From a virus (Duplodnaviria > Caudoviricetes), in IMG/VR virus record IMGVR_UViG_3300030330_006573, positions 115,986-179,985 of that record: a stretch of DNA of 64,000 nt; one strand, given 5' to 3'. The notes under the pieces are model-generated. The model worked only from the letters and a program-made list of their open reading frames with translations. It was not told the DNA's origin and did not search any database. Of this stretch, positions 1 to 11,278 are shown piece after piece. Position 1 is the first letter of the stretch; each line of letters opens with the position of its first letter. The position numbers and the translations under genes were made by a program.

Positions 1-3000
1 CCGACTCCTACTCCTGTTACAGAAACCCCTATTACTCCAACTCCCGTTACTGCAACTCCTAAAACCCTAACTCCCACACCAACCCCTACTCCAACTCCTG
101 TTACAGAAACCCCTGAAACAAATACCCCGACACCGACACCGACAGTTACTCCCACAGTTGTAACAACCCCAAACACTCCATTTACTCCGTTTACTGAATC
201 CACTTTTGATACTCAATTCCCACCGCCACCACCCCCCCCACCACCACCAGTTGCAACTCCAGAGACGGAGTGCGAAGAAGAATCTGCAAAATTTCACCCT
301 TGTATGCAGCCTTGTTTCCCGCAAAAACCAGATTTAGAGTTTTGCCAAGGAAGATTACATCACAATATTTATAAAAATATAGATAGCGATGAGTATTGCT
401 GTGATGATGCTGAGTGGATTACAAATCAAGTATCCCCACCACACCACAAATCAGATACTTGTACTAGTTTACTTACTCACCCGCAAGGTTCAAATATAGG
501 TAAATGCATAAAAGGACCACGCTGTCAATGCAGAAAAGATGCTACATATCCAGATGATAGATACAATCGTTTTGATGCAGAAGGAAATGAGCAAAGACCT
601 GAATTTTACAATAGAATAAGTAGGTCTGACTTTGAAGCTATTACATGCGACAATCCCTCTGTAGAATTTACTGGAGGCTGCCTTGGAGCTGAGTTTTGTC
701 CAGTTTGTGAAATCAGGACTTCAGAGTTTTGCGCATCTTACCACGGAATGTCGTATGACGTTTATAATAAAAAATACTATTTTCCTCCTGGCGTAGGTCC
801 TACTAGTTGCGAAGCCTGCATGTGCCTAGATGGACAGACTCAAACAGTTGAATCGGTAAAAGATAAAGCTGAGAATCAACTTCGTTTTCAAAATGGCATA
901 CCTGCTCGTCGTGCATTTAGGAACGTAAGAGATGTTACTGGCTCATGCTATAATTGCGTGAAGTCCAGAAACATGTATCAAGTTAATAAATGGCTAAACG
1001 ATGATGCAGGCGATATTTATGATGATGAGCCGTGCTGCGGAACTGTTCCGCTTGGATGCATAGGTCAAGGACAAACTTGGTGCGAAGAAGGATTTAAATG
1101 CCCAACATGTCCCTGTCAGAAAGTAGAATTTTCATATACAGTCAAGCATTTATTTAAAGATGATTGTAGAATTGGAGGAACTGGAAACCATTTAGTCTTA
1201 AAAGAAGAGCGAGTTGGCGCTGGTCCCGTGCATTTTGAAATTTTTATTAATTACGAATGTGAAGATGGTGACTTAAAAGACAATGTAAGTGTCAGCATAA
1301 CTTATAATAGAGGCAATAACTCTGGTTGTGGATACAATCCTTTAATACATGATAAACCAATAATTGATACAGCCCAAAGACTTGGAGGGAAGATTAGAAT
1401 TGCTATTCCAGAAAATACAGTAAAAACTAGGGACTGTATATCTAAAGATGGGGAAGGAGGAACTAGAAGAAGAAACTTCCCAGATTCTTATTTGTGGTTA
1501 TGCCCTCAAAATGAATACATAGAAGTTCTAGACAAATCAGGAGTAGATTATATATGCCCAACTGGAGGTTGCGCAAAATATACTAGATGCTATAGCAGTG
1601 ATGGCCCATCATGTAATGCATCTGATGCAAGCAAGAATTGCAATGATGGTGCTCCAGGAGATGATATTTTGTACATAAAAATGTGCGGAGATGTTGTTGA
1701 GCCAGACCATACTTTTCCAGGAGGTATATTATATAAAGACGGATGGTGCTATACTTTAGATGGACAAGTGGACGTTTCACATTGCGGAGGAACATCTTCT
1801 GATGAGGGTTTGTGTGGCAATGCGAGATTTATATCTGCTCAAAACTGTGCTGATGCTTCTGCAATAGACTTTGATGATTTTGATGAAGTTAAAAATTCTT
1901 ACGACAACTTTAATGAAGATACTGACGAAAATATTTGTTGCGAGTGTTGTGGGTGCTGTTGTACAGGAAGCTGTGCTGAATACCAAAGATGCTTCCCAGA
2001 TGATACTTTAGCAAGATGGAATAACGGAGATGGTACAAAAGATACTTGTAAAGCTCCAGGAGTTGCCCCTTGCGACATAGAGACTGCCGATGTTCCTGAG
2101 AGCCTCTATGTTTCACTTCGATCACATGAAACAGCTCCTTCTATGGTTAAATATCTTGATTGGTGCTGGACACTAGTCGACGCTACTTCTAGTTGTTCTA
2201 ATTGTGGAGGTGATTGTTGCGAAGAGGATGACACTACTTACAAAAATGAAAATAAACATTTTCAAAAACTAAACATTACGATAAGTGGGGATATATTGGC
2301 ATATCCGTTGACGCCTGGCACAGAAGACCCAACCTGTGAGGATTGTTGCGAATGTACTCCAGTACCTTCCCTAACCCCGACTCCGACTCCTACACCAACC
2401 CCAACTCCGACGCCTACTCCGACACCTACCCCAACCCCTACGCCAACTCCGACACCTACCCCGACACCTACACCGACTCCGACTCCGACTGCTACTCCTA
2501 CGCCCACATTTACTGATACGCACTGGACGATTACTCCAAGTGACACACCACACTGTTCGGGTGGTTGCGCACAGTACAACATATGCGATTCTGAATGCAA
2601 CGAGAACGATCCAGCGAAACCTTGCGACGAGAGCCAGAAGGCTAGTGTTCCAGGTACAAGCTACATAGCTTACTCTGGAGATTCAAGCAGTCTGCCTACT
2701 ACCATAAAACTTCCAAATGGCTGGTGTTATACCTTGCAAGAAGGCAGGGCGGATACAGATAAATGTGGTGCAGCTTGCGGTCATCCATGTCCTTCCGATT
2801 CCACAAAATGGGTAACCGACAAGCTGAACTTAGACCATGCATTGTGCGATGATATGAGCGAGGCTTCGAGCGGATTTAGCGGATGCAGTGATTGCTGTGA
2901 GTGTACTCCTAGCCCGACGCCTACGCCAACAGCCACCCCAACAGCTACCGCAACATCCACCGCAACATCCACCGCAACAGCTACCGCAACCCATAGCCCG

Positions 3001-3165
3001 ACTCCGAGTCATACTCCGAGCCACACTCCAAGTCATACTTCTAGCCACAGCCCGACACCTACCCCAACAGTCGTAACAACACCAGTTGCAACAACACCAG
3101 TTGCAACAACACCAGTTGCAACAACAGCAGCTCCACCAACCTATCCTACTACTTATCCTTCTTGA
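1..3165 (+). CDS. Large Cys-rich protein with Pro/Thr mucin-like linkers, probable virion fibre/adhesin; 5'-truncated by the window
   Basis: Frame of ORF 304..3165 is open back to base 1 ([10 protein letters not shown]...). It has long (PT)n tracts and three Cys-rich modules GxCAxYxxC...WC(Y/W)TL...CCEC. Confidence 0.75.
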   Translation, partial: PTPTPVTETPITPTPVTATPKTLTPTPTPTPTPVTETPETNTPTPTPTVTPTVVTTPNTPFTPFTESTFDTQFPPPPPPPPPPVATPETECEEESAKFHPCMQPCFPQKPDLEFCQGRLHHNIYKNIDSDEYCCDDAEWITNQVSPPHHKSDTCTSLLTHPQGSNIGKCIKGPRCQCRKDATYPDDRYNRFDAEGNEQRPEFYNRISRSDFEAITCDNPSVEFTGGCLGAEFCPVCEIRTSEFCASYHGMSYDVYNKKYYFPPGVGPTSCEACMCLDGQTQTVESVKDKAENQLRFQNGIPARRAFRNVRDVTGSCYNCVKSRNMYQVNKWLNDDAGDIYDDEPCCGTVPLGCIGQGQTWCEEGFKCPTCPCQKVEFSYTVKHLFKDDCRIGGTGNHLVLKEERVGAGPVHFEIFINYECEDGDLKDNVSVSITYNRGNNSGCGYNPLIHDKPIIDTAQRLGGKIRIAIPENTVKTRDCISKDGEGGTRRRNFPDSYLWLCPQNEYIEVLDKSGVDYICPTGGCAKYTRCYSSDGPSCNASDASKNCNDGAPGDDILYIKMCGDVVEPDHTFPGGILYKDGWCYTLDGQVDVSHCGGTSSDEGLCGNARFISAQNCADASAIDFDDFDEVKNSYDNFNEDTDENICCECCGCCCTGSCAEYQRCFPDDTLARWNNGDGTKDTCKAPGVAPCDIETADVPESLYVSLRSHETAPSMVKYLDWCWTLVDATSSCSNCGGDCCEEDDTTYKNENKHFQKLNITISGDILAYPLTPGTEDPTCEDCCECTPVPSLTPTPTPTPTPTPTPTPTPTPTPTPTPTPTPTPTPTPTPTATPTPTFTDTHWTITPSDTPHCSGGCAQYNICDSECNENDPAKPCDESQKASVPGTSYIAYSGDSSSLPTTIKLPNGWCYTLQEGRADTDKCGAACGHPCPSDSTKWVTDKLNLDHALCDDMSEASSGFSGCSDCCECTPSPTPTPTATPTATATSTATSTATATATHSPTPSHTPSHTPSHTSSHSPTPTPTVVTTPVATTPVATTPVATTAAPPTYPTTYPS
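2373..2508 (+). repeat. Degenerate 6-bp coding repeat encoding a (TP)n linker
   Basis: acc-ccg-act-ccg-act-cct-aca-cca... with varied third positions. Confidence 0.9.
3076..3120 (+). repeat. 3 x 15-bp perfect tandem repeat (ACAACACCAGTTGCA, encoding TTPVA)
   Basis: Read directly from the sequence. Confidence 0.9.
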
Positions 3166-3190
3166 TTTTTTTAGGTTATCGAGTTAATAT
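3162..3190 (+). promoter_or_regulatory. sigma70-type promoter, leaderless
   Basis: TTGATT-17-TAATAT-6-GTG(3197). Confidence 0.6.
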
Positions 3191-3196
3191 AAACTT

Positions 3197-4636
3197 GTGA
3201 TAACTGCAATTATTGCATACAAGCAAGATAGCATTGAAAGAAAGAGGAATTTAAACTTTTTAATTAAAGTTTTAAAAAAAAATTCAATCGAAGTAATTAT
3301 TGCTGAGCAGAAAGAATCTATCGATAACGATGGAGAATTGAAAAAATATAGGAAGCCAGGTGAGATTTGGCTAGAATATTACTCTAACAAGCCCTTTCAC
3401 AAATCAAAACTATATAATCTTTCAGCTCAAATTTGCGTCACACAAAATATATTACTTTTAGATGCTGACGTAATTCTAGATTTTAAAGTTCTCCCAGAGT
3501 TATGCAAGCTTTCTGATTTGTGTAGGCCATTCTCTGAAATTTTTAGCTTATCTAACAGCGAAACTGAAGAATATATAAATAATGGAGTGCCACCAAATTT
3601 AAAAGATAAAACTGGAGATGATTATACAGGTAAGTATTCAATATTGATTTCTAAAGATTTATTTTTAAGATCTGGCGGTTTTGATGAAGATATTGCTGGT
3701 TGGGGTTGGGAGGATTTAGACTTCATACATAATAAGTTGAAAGACTATTCTTCTTATATCCCAATAAACTGTCATGGATATCATCTATGGCACCCTAAGA
3801 CAAATAAAGATTACGAAAGGAAAAATTATTTTATTTATAAAAACAATCACTCTTACAGAAGACACATATCTTTTTGCACTGCTATTAAAAATAGAAAATT
3901 TCAAATCGAAGAAACGTTAGAAAAAAATATTGAAGACAATTTAGAATATAGAGATTTTTGTGAGTTTACAATTTTAGACTGCGACTCAAGCGATAGAGTT
4001 TCAGAATGGATAATTGACAATTTTTCCGAATATATTGCAGATGGATATTTAAAACTATTTAAAATTAAAGACTTTCCATACTGGAATGCTTCAATTGCTA
4101 AAAATACATGCCACAATCTTTCTGAAGGCGAAATTTTAGTAAACTTAGATTGTGATAATTACACAGGAGAGGGCGGGGCAAAAATTATTTATGATCTTTT
4201 TTCATCTAATAAAGACATTAACTGCTATCATCAGTGGTGCAAGAAAGAATGGTTCAGTGGAAATTATGGCAGAATATCTTTTAGAAGAGATGTATTTGAA
4301 GAATTAGGAGGTTATGACGAGTCATTCTATGGTATGGGCTATCAAGATACAGATATAATAAAGAGGTGTTCAGCTATGTTCCCTAATACAGTTGGTGAAT
4401 TTAAATCCTTAAAATATAATAAAGCCATTAAGAACAAGAAAGATCTTTCTATAGAAAATTTAACAGAAGAAGAAATAAAAATGGGATTTCGTGAAATCAA
4501 CAATATAAATAAATCAAATTCAGAGATAAATATTTCAAACAATCGCTTAGTAGCTAATGAGGGTATCTTTGGAATAAGATCAAAAATACTTTATTACGAT
4601 TTTAAAAAAGCAAAGTTTTGGAACCTTTGTGCTTGA
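3197..4636 (+). CDS. Tandem two-domain GT-A glycosyltransferase (GT2/GT7C-like)
   Basis: Two DxD motifs (LDAD, LDCD) and two GGFDE..GWGWED / GGYDE..GMGYQD motifs. Confidence 0.85.
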   Translation: MITAIIAYKQDSIERKRNLNFLIKVLKKNSIEVIIAEQKESIDNDGELKKYRKPGEIWLEYYSNKPFHKSKLYNLSAQICVTQNILLLDADVILDFKVLPELCKLSDLCRPFSEIFSLSNSETEEYINNGVPPNLKDKTGDDYTGKYSILISKDLFLRSGGFDEDIAGWGWEDLDFIHNKLKDYSSYIPINCHGYHLWHPKTNKDYERKNYFIYKNNHSYRRHISFCTAIKNRKFQIEETLEKNIEDNLEYRDFCEFTILDCDSSDRVSEWIIDNFSEYIADGYLKLFKIKDFPYWNASIAKNTCHNLSEGEILVNLDCDNYTGEGGAKIIYDLFSSNKDINCYHQWCKKEWFSGNYGRISFRRDVFEELGGYDESFYGMGYQDTDIIKRCSAMFPNTVGEFKSLKYNKAIKNKKDLSIENLTEEEIKMGFREINNINKSNSEINISNNRLVANEGIFGIRSKILYYDFKKAKFWNLCA

Positions 4637-4661
4637 ATTTATTAAGCCTTGTTAATATCAT
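4633..4661 (+). promoter_or_regulatory. sigma70-type promoter, leaderless
   Basis: TTGAAT-17-TATCAT-6-GTG(4668). Confidence 0.65.
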
Positions 4662-4667
4662 ATTCTC

Positions 4668-5012
4668 GTGAAGCTGAAGCAAACTGCTAAGAAAGAAATA
4701 TTGCACAGAATATTAAATATTCCCAAAACCCAAAAGAGGCATTTTTGGAGTAGGGAAATAAAGATATTGAATGATTTATTTAAAATCTATCCAATTGAAG
4801 AATTTTGGAGCTTAGTTTCTTTTGAAAAAAAATATGATAGTATGACATTTTTAATTTCAGATTACGGTAAAAAACTTTTAAAAAAAAAGTTTTTAGAGTT
4901 TAGCTACGTAGTTCCTAAAACTAAAACAATCGAGCTTGGCGATAAAACAGGAGATGATTTTATAATTGAAAACAAACCTAAAACTATAAAAGATTTTTTA
5001 AGATATGAGTGA
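4668..5012 (+). CDS. Hypothetical protein coupled to recA
   Basis: ORF with promoter; overlaps the recA start. Confidence 0.7.
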   Translation: MKLKQTAKKEILHRILNIPKTQKRHFWSREIKILNDLFKIYPIEEFWSLVSFEKKYDSMTFLISDYGKKLLKKKFLEFSYVVPKTKTIELGDKTGDDFIIENKPKTIKDFLRYE

Positions 5013-6096
5013 AACACTAGATCAAATTAATAAATTTTTGTCTGATAAAGACAACTCAAAATACCATTACAACAACTACGAAGAAGATAACTATAAAATT
5101 TCATCTGGCAGCCTTAACTTAGATTTAGCCCTTGGTGGAGGATTTCCAGCTGGAGCGCATCGTTTTACTGGTGTTAATGAAGGAGGCAAGACTAGCTGTG
5201 CATTAACAGTTGCAAAAAACTTTCAAGAGAAATTCAAGAAAAATGGCATGATCATTTACATAAGGAGTGAAGGTAGATTGTCTCCAGAAGTTCTTTCTAG
5301 AAGCGGAATAGATACAAGTGAGGAGAGATTTTTTAGATTTGATTGTAATATATTTGAAAAAGTCTTTCAGTTAATAAGAACTCTTGTCGAAGATAATAAA
5401 GAAGATAAGAAATATATGTTTATAGTTGATAGTGTTGACGCTCTTTGCAGAATAGGTGATTTTGATAAACCATTTGATGAAAGTGAACAGGTCGCTGGCG
5501 GAGCTTTAGTCACCTCTGTTTTTCTAAAGAAAATGGTTTTACCTATAACAAAAATGGGTCATATGATGATCCTTACCTCTCAAGTTAGGGTTGAGGTAGC
5601 ATCAAACCCTTATGCAGCGAGAGGTGGTCCAAAAGTCAAGCAAGCTGGAGGCAATGCAGTAAAACACTATTCCAATTTTATCTTGGAATTTCAAGAAAGA
5701 TATAATTCAGACATTATTTTCCCAAACCCAAGTGCATCAAAACTTGAAGATAAAGGCAGTCCTATTGGTCACTTTTGCAAAATAATTTTTAGAAAAAGTG
5801 TTAATGAAAAAACTGGTGCGGTGATTAGATACCCAATAAGATATGGAAGGACTGATGGAAATAGCATTTGGGTAGAAAGAGAAATCATAGATATGATGAA
5901 GCTATGGGGATATATCGAACAAAAGGGCGCATGGATTTCTATAGACAGCGAGATCGTTTCTGCTTGTAAGGATAAATCTATAGAGTGCCCAGAGAAGATA
6001 CAGGGAGAGCCTAAATTTGTAGAATTTTTGGAAGAAAACAAGAAATTTTCTAAATTTATTTTACAATATATAAACTCTAATTTTTACAATGCCTAA
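5005..6096 (+). CDS. recA: RecA/UvsX-family recombinase
   Basis: ISSGSLNLDLALGGG, Walker A GVNEGGKTS, Walker B FIVDSV, SQVR, GGNAVKHY, QKGAW. Confidence 0.93.
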   Translation: MSETLDQINKFLSDKDNSKYHYNNYEEDNYKISSGSLNLDLALGGGFPAGAHRFTGVNEGGKTSCALTVAKNFQEKFKKNGMIIYIRSEGRLSPEVLSRSGIDTSEERFFRFDCNIFEKVFQLIRTLVEDNKEDKKYMFIVDSVDALCRIGDFDKPFDESEQVAGGALVTSVFLKKMVLPITKMGHMMILTSQVRVEVASNPYAARGGPKVKQAGGNAVKHYSNFILEFQERYNSDIIFPNPSASKLEDKGSPIGHFCKIIFRKSVNEKTGAVIRYPIRYGRTDGNSIWVEREIIDMMKLWGYIEQKGAWISIDSEIVSACKDKSIECPEKIQGEPKFVEFLEENKKFSKFILQYINSNFYNA

Positions 6097-7102
6097 GAAG
6101 AAAGCAAACTCTGATAAAGACAAAAAAGATGGACAAATAATCCTTGCAAAGTGGCAAGGAAGGTTTGGCAACAGGATGCATCAATATGCATACCTTTCTA
6201 CATATGCAAATAAGTTGAATGTAGAATTAGTTCTTCCGTCTGAATGGGAAGGAGATAAGCTTTTTTCCAATAACAAGCATACAATCATACAAGATGACGA
6301 TTTAAGACTCAAGTTAAATCAGTCCCACAAAGATCTAGATACAAAAGAATTTAAAAGCGAAGCTTTCGAGGAATACAACAAGAGAACAAATAGTGATTTT
6401 AAGTTTTTAAATCCTCATGACGCTAGTCAGACTTGGATTGACTTAAAACAATCTTGGGTAATGGACTTATGTGCATATCAAGAAGAGATATTTAAAGGTA
6501 TGTCAACTAAATTCCTAAAGGAAACTTTTGAATTTTCAGATGAAGTAAAAAATACTGATGTTTACAAATATTTAGAAGACAAACAGGGTACTTATGATAT
6601 AGCTCACCTTAGGAGAGATGATATATCTAATCCGAATTACGAAAATAATTTTGGATACTCTGTAATATCAAAAAAATCATACGAAAAAGCTTTTAAGAAA
6701 TTTGATATAGACCCTCAAAAAGTAGAATGGACTACTGATGACTGGACTGGGAAATGGGGAGTTGGTAGTCCGTCTGAAGGAAAATGGTTTAGTAGGCGAG
6801 GCAACTGGACATATCCAATGGGATCCGAATACATGAAAGATATCATGTTTGACTGGTTTCCAGACTTCTTGAGAATTTATTTTGCCAGATCTGTTTTTAG
6901 GGCAAACTCTTCTTTTAGTTTTTGGTCTTGTTTTTTAGGAAATCAAAAAAATATATTTTCTCCAGTATTAACTGAAAAGCAAATTTATTCTGGAACAAAA
7001 GGTTCAGGAAAACAAATAGAAGTTAATTTTATAAGGGGTAATACACCTCATTGGCTTTGCCTAAAACAAGATCATTGTGGGAAAATAAAAATCCCTAAAT
7101 GA
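6089..7102 (+). CDS. GT11-like (alpha-1,2-fucosyltransferase-type) glycosyltransferase
   Basis: GRFGNRMHQYA, HLRRDD (cf. HxRRGD) and NSSFSFW motifs. Confidence 0.7.
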   Translation: MPKKKANSDKDKKDGQIILAKWQGRFGNRMHQYAYLSTYANKLNVELVLPSEWEGDKLFSNNKHTIIQDDDLRLKLNQSHKDLDTKEFKSEAFEEYNKRTNSDFKFLNPHDASQTWIDLKQSWVMDLCAYQEEIFKGMSTKFLKETFEFSDEVKNTDVYKYLEDKQGTYDIAHLRRDDISNPNYENNFGYSVISKKSYEKAFKKFDIDPQKVEWTTDDWTGKWGVGSPSEGKWFSRRGNWTYPMGSEYMKDIMFDWFPDFLRIYFARSVFRANSSFSFWSCFLGNQKNIFSPVLTEKQIYSGTKGSGKQIEVNFIRGNTPHWLCLKQDHCGKIKIPK

Positions 7103-9018
7103 ATCAATTCCAAAACAATAAGTTTTTTGATTTAAAGTTAGCATCTTTATCAAAAGGCGAATCTAAAAAAATAATAAGTTTTAGTCTCTACGGGACTAAT
7201 CGAAAATATTTTTCTGGAGCTTTACCTAATATTGAATATGCGAAAAAGTATTATCCAGGTTGGACATGTAGATTTTATTGCACTCAAGATGTTCCAAATT
7301 TAGAAGAAATCAGTTCCAAAGATTGCGAAATAGTTATAATGGAATCCAAAATACCTCCCATGTACTGGAGGTATTTCAGTGTTGACGACCCTGACGTTTC
7401 TGTTTCAATTTTTAGAGATACTGATTCTATAGTAAATTCAAGAGAAGCGGAGGCCGTAAAAGAATGGATTTCTTCTAACCACAAAATGCATTTAATGCAT
7501 GACTGTAAAAGCGGTCATTGGTCTGATGTTATGGGTGGAATGTGTGGATTAAAAGGCCCAATAGATTTTTCATTAATTGAAAAAATAAATAATTTTTGTG
7601 ATAAAAAGGGTTATAAGTGGAGATATTCCCAAGACCAAACTTTCCTATCTAAGGAGATATTGCCTATATTCAAAAATTCTTGCATCGATCACCACTTTAA
7701 TCCTGATATAAGCAAATACCCATACTCCGTAAAGTTTCCAAATCATGACCCTCTTGAGTTTGGTTCTTTTGTAGGTCAAAGAGTTTCTTTAGCTCATTAC
7801 CAATCAAACAAATTTGCTAATTTAAATGTTGATTCTGATAAAGTTTTTATAATGAATCACCAAAGCAAAGGGGATTTTGGAAAATCTTGGTTTATTGAGC
7901 TGTTAAAATATATTTCTGCCAATAATTCTGAAATTGTAATACCTTGTAAGAAAGATCCCTACAATTTTTTAAAAAATAAAAATATTTCAAACAAAATATC
8001 CTTAGAGCTAATAAAGAATGATGCAGATGCTATAAGTATTTTTGAGGAAAAATATATCTCAAGCCATAAATATTTAGGTTTTGGAAATCATTCGGTCAAT
8101 AATAAAAATAAACAGTTAAATCTTGATAATTGTCTCATTGAGTCAAAAATAAATAAAGACGATTTTTCAAAGTTTGTCTCTGATCAGAGCCCTAATACAG
8201 AAGAAGTTTCAGTCAAAGTTAAACCTAAAAAAGAAAAAATTATTTCTTTAAAAGAAGATCATTCGTATAATAAATTTCTTGATAAAAAATCAGATAAAAA
8301 AGTAAGTGTTATAATTGGCACTTTTAATAGGTGGAATTTCTTACAAAAATCTATAGAAAGTGTTAAAAACCAAACTTATCAAAATATAGAAATAATAGTT
8401 GTTAATGATGGCTCTACTGATGAAGACTATTCAAAGAATATTCCTGATGGAGTATTATGGATAAATTTACCACAAAATTCAGGAGAAGCCCATGGCTTTA
8501 GATGTAGATCTTATACTTACAATTATGGAATAAAGGTGGCTAGTGGCGATTATATAGCATTTCTTGATGATGATGACGCATGGTATCCCAATAAAATAGA
8601 GAAACAAATATCTTTAATGCAAAGATATGGTTGTGGAATGAGCTGTACCGAATCTATGCAAGGAAGAGGGCTTTTTGATCTTGAAAAAGATTATAAAATA
8701 TACATGGGCGGCATGCAAAGAAGGTTTGAAAAATGGAAAGTTGGCGAAAAAGTTTTTAATGTTGACTCCTCTGCCTTTCCAGTGCCAAATGTATGGAATA
8801 AGAATATTATGCTTGTTCATAATTTCTGCATAGGATCTTCTGTCGTTGTTGAAAAATCTATTATTGATAAAGTCGGCATGCTAAATGAGTCAAGAAAATA
8901 CAAAAAAGGTCAGGATTACGAGCTATGGAAAAGAGTTCTTTCTGTTACTGACTGCGCTTATGTTAATGAACCTCTTACCTATTACGATCATGCACACGGC
9001 AAAGGCAGGCAATATTAA
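7099..9018 (+). CDS. Multidomain glycosyltransferase: N-terminal GT-A-like domain plus C-terminal GT2
   Basis: N-terminal ISFSLYG...RDTDS...RE; C-terminal VSVIIGTFNR, VNDGSTD, FLDDDD, QDYELW. Confidence 0.85.
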   Translation: MNQFQNNKFFDLKLASLSKGESKKIISFSLYGTNRKYFSGALPNIEYAKKYYPGWTCRFYCTQDVPNLEEISSKDCEIVIMESKIPPMYWRYFSVDDPDVSVSIFRDTDSIVNSREAEAVKEWISSNHKMHLMHDCKSGHWSDVMGGMCGLKGPIDFSLIEKINNFCDKKGYKWRYSQDQTFLSKEILPIFKNSCIDHHFNPDISKYPYSVKFPNHDPLEFGSFVGQRVSLAHYQSNKFANLNVDSDKVFIMNHQSKGDFGKSWFIELLKYISANNSEIVIPCKKDPYNFLKNKNISNKISLELIKNDADAISIFEEKYISSHKYLGFGNHSVNNKNKQLNLDNCLIESKINKDDFSKFVSDQSPNTEEVSVKVKPKKEKIISLKEDHSYNKFLDKKSDKKVSVIIGTFNRWNFLQKSIESVKNQTYQNIEIIVVNDGSTDEDYSKNIPDGVLWINLPQNSGEAHGFRCRSYTYNYGIKVASGDYIAFLDDDDAWYPNKIEKQISLMQRYGCGMSCTESMQGRGLFDLEKDYKIYMGGMQRRFEKWKVGEKVFNVDSSAFPVPNVWNKNIMLVHNFCIGSSVVVEKSIIDKVGMLNESRKYKKGQDYELWKRVLSVTDCAYVNEPLTYYDHAHGKGRQY

Positions 9019-9425
9019 TGAAATTCAAAACATTGCATGGTAGCATTAGGAGAGTTCCTAAAATTAAAAAATACTTAATCGATTGGGAAGGGAAAAGTAG
9101 AAGCAACATTCAATATGACACTAAAGTTTTCCTAAAAAAATATTGGTCAAACAATGTAGTCTTTGAAGAGTTTCCTGTAGCTGGAACTAGATTAACTTTA
9201 GATTTTTATAATGCTACAAAAAAAGTAGCAATTGAAGTACAAGGACAACAACATAGAAAATTTGTACCCTTTTTTCACGGAAATCGCATAAATTATATAG
9301 ATCAATTAAGAAGAGATAAACAAAAATTAGATTTTTGTAATATTAATGACATATATTTAATTGAAGTTTACGAAAATGATTTTTCTGATAAATCTTTTGT
9401 TAAAAAGTTAAAAAACTATTTATGA
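9018..9425 (+). CDS. Vsr/DUF559-like PD-(D/E)XK endonuclease
   Basis: LDFY...VAIEVQGQQH...RDKQK motif. Confidence 0.75.
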   Translation: MKFKTLHGSIRRVPKIKKYLIDWEGKSRSNIQYDTKVFLKKYWSNNVVFEEFPVAGTRLTLDFYNATKKVAIEVQGQQHRKFVPFFHGNRINYIDQLRRDKQKLDFCNINDIYLIEVYENDFSDKSFVKKLKNYL

Positions 9426-9450
9426 GTGTAATATATTATTATACAACTAC

Positions 9451-9711
9451 ATGAAAGAAGACGATTTCAGCTTAGACGAAATACCTAAATTTCAAATACC
9501 TTCTAGTTTTTTAGAGCAACTTTACGAATTTACTGGAAATTCAGAGGGCAGTGCTGGATATGTGTTAAGTTATGTGGATAATAGCGGCAGAGCTTTAGTT
9601 TGCTCTAGAAGTAGTTCCCAAATAGTAGAGATGGGATTAAGGAAAGCTTTAGAAAAATACTTGATTGAACTTGAAGAAGGCGAAATATCTTTCGATATTC
9701 CAGAAGAATAA
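9451..9711 (+). CDS. Hypothetical acidic protein
   Basis: ORF preceded by the GTGTAA motif at 9426. Confidence 0.7.
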   Translation: MKEDDFSLDEIPKFQIPSSFLEQLYEFTGNSEGSAGYVLSYVDNSGRALVCSRSSSQIVEMGLRKALEKYLIELEEGEISFDIPEE

Positions 9712-9722
9712 CAGTTAAAGCA

Positions 9723-9751
9723 TTGATTTTTATCTGTTTTCTAATTATGCT
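9723..9751 (+). promoter_or_regulatory. sigma70-type promoter, leaderless, for dnaB
   Basis: TTGATT-17-TATGCT-6-ATG(9758). Confidence 0.65.
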
Positions 9752-9757
9752 TATTGC

Positions 9758-11278
9758 ATGATTTATAACTACGAACTTGAACAGCATCTTTTAAGCGGCA
9801 TAATACAACATCCAGATTCATTTTTTGAAATCTCTCCGTTCATATCCGAAAAGGATTTTTATTCAGAATCTAGCTTAATAAACAAATCTATATTTTTTGT
9901 TTTAAAAAATTCCCTTGAAAAAGGCGAAACTTTAGACGAGATGTTGATATCTCAAAATATAAAATCATTAGGCATAACTTTTGAAGAGGGTATAGATATA
10001 CTTGACTACATAAAGAGTTTATCCATGAGAAAGATGTCAGCAAAGGCTGTCCTTAAAACAGCTCAAGAGTTGAAAAAAGTTAGTATTAGGAGAGAGATAG
10101 CATACTCTGGGGTAGAGTTGACGAAAACAATGAAGAACTCTAAACTAGAATCTTATGATGACATCATATCTGCGGCTGATTCTACTTATCACAAAATTAT
10201 AGACTTTTATGAGTCTGGTGACTCTATCCCAGAAAATCTATACGAATCAATGGAGGAATGTATTGAGGAGAGAGGCAATAATCCAATTGATGAGTTTGGA
10301 TTACCTGGCCCCCACCAAAGGATTCAAGAGCTATATGGATCACTTTTAACTCCAGGAAATATATCTGTTGTAGTCGCTAGGTCTGGAATAGGTAAAACTC
10401 AGTTTTGTATGGATTTTTGCACTAAAGTTTCAGCCGCCAATGAGCATATACCCATATTACATTTTGATAATGGAGAAATGAGCAAAGAAGAGTTGACTAT
10501 GAGGCAATGCGCAGCTCTGTCAGGGGTTCAATTAAGCCTTCTTCAAACAGGTAGATGGAGACAGGCTGGGGAAGAAACTGTTAACAAAGTGAGATCTACT
10601 TGGAAAAAGATAAAAGGGATGAGATTTTATTATTACAATTGTGGTGGCAAATCAATTGATGAGATGACAAATATATTAAGAAAATTTTATTTTTCAAAAG
10701 TGGGTAGGGGCAATCAGATGATATTTAGTTTTGACTACATTAAAACTACATTTGCATTATCAAATTCCTCTAAGACTGAATGGCAAATTGTTGGCGAAAT
10801 GGTTGATAAATTCAAAAAATTAATAATGACAGAGTTAGTTTTTGACGGCAAGCCAGTAGTTTCAATGATGACGAGTGTTCAAATGAATAGATTGGGGACA
10901 AGCAGAAATAGATCTTCAGAAAACATCGTTGAAGACGAAACTGTTGTTTCTCTTTCCGACAGGATTATACAATTTTGCTCAAGCATGTTTATACTTAGAG
11001 CAAAGGAGCCCGCAGAAATAGCTGACCATGCAAATTTTGGAACTCACAAACTTGTATCTTTAAAATCTAGAAATTTAGGGCAAGACCCTCAAAGAGCTAT
11101 TCAACCAGTAAGAATGCTTGATGGTTCACTTAAGAGTAATTTTATTAATTTAGACTTTAATAACTTTAATATAACCGAAAGGGGCGATTTAGTTGATCTT
11201 GTTGAGCATTTAAGGGTAGAGGGCTTCTCTCCAGAAGAAGATGGCGATTCTAACCTTCCAGGCTTATTTAATGAATAG
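9758..11278 (+). CDS. dnaB: Replicative helicase, DnaB family
   Basis: DnaB N-domain (ELEQHLLSGII), Walker A ARSGIGKT, EMS..E, FDYI, QMNR, SDRIIQ, KSRN. Confidence 0.9.
   Translation: MIYNYELEQHLLSGIIQHPDSFFEISPFISEKDFYSESSLINKSIFFVLKNSLEKGETLDEMLISQNIKSLGITFEEGIDILDYIKSLSMRKMSAKAVLKTAQELKKVSIRREIAYSGVELTKTMKNSKLESYDDIISAADSTYHKIIDFYESGDSIPENLYESMEECIEERGNNPIDEFGLPGPHQRIQELYGSLLTPGNISVVVARSGIGKTQFCMDFCTKVSAANEHIPILHFDNGEMSKEELTMRQCAALSGVQLSLLQTGRWRQAGEETVNKVRSTWKKIKGMRFYYYNCGGKSIDEMTNILRKFYFSKVGRGNQMIFSFDYIKTTFALSNSSKTEWQIVGEMVDKFKKLIMTELVFDGKPVVSMMTSVQMNRLGTSRNRSSENIVEDETVVSLSDRIIQFCSSMFILRAKEPAEIADHANFGTHKLVSLKSRNLGQDPQRAIQPVRMLDGSLKSNFINLDFNNFNITERGDLVDLVEHLRVEGFSPEEDGDSNLPGLFNE

Noticed and set aside
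67-3076. Minus-strand and alternative-frame ORFs with GV or RS runs
   Set aside because: They are shadows of the Pro/Thr codon repeats in the real + strand gene.
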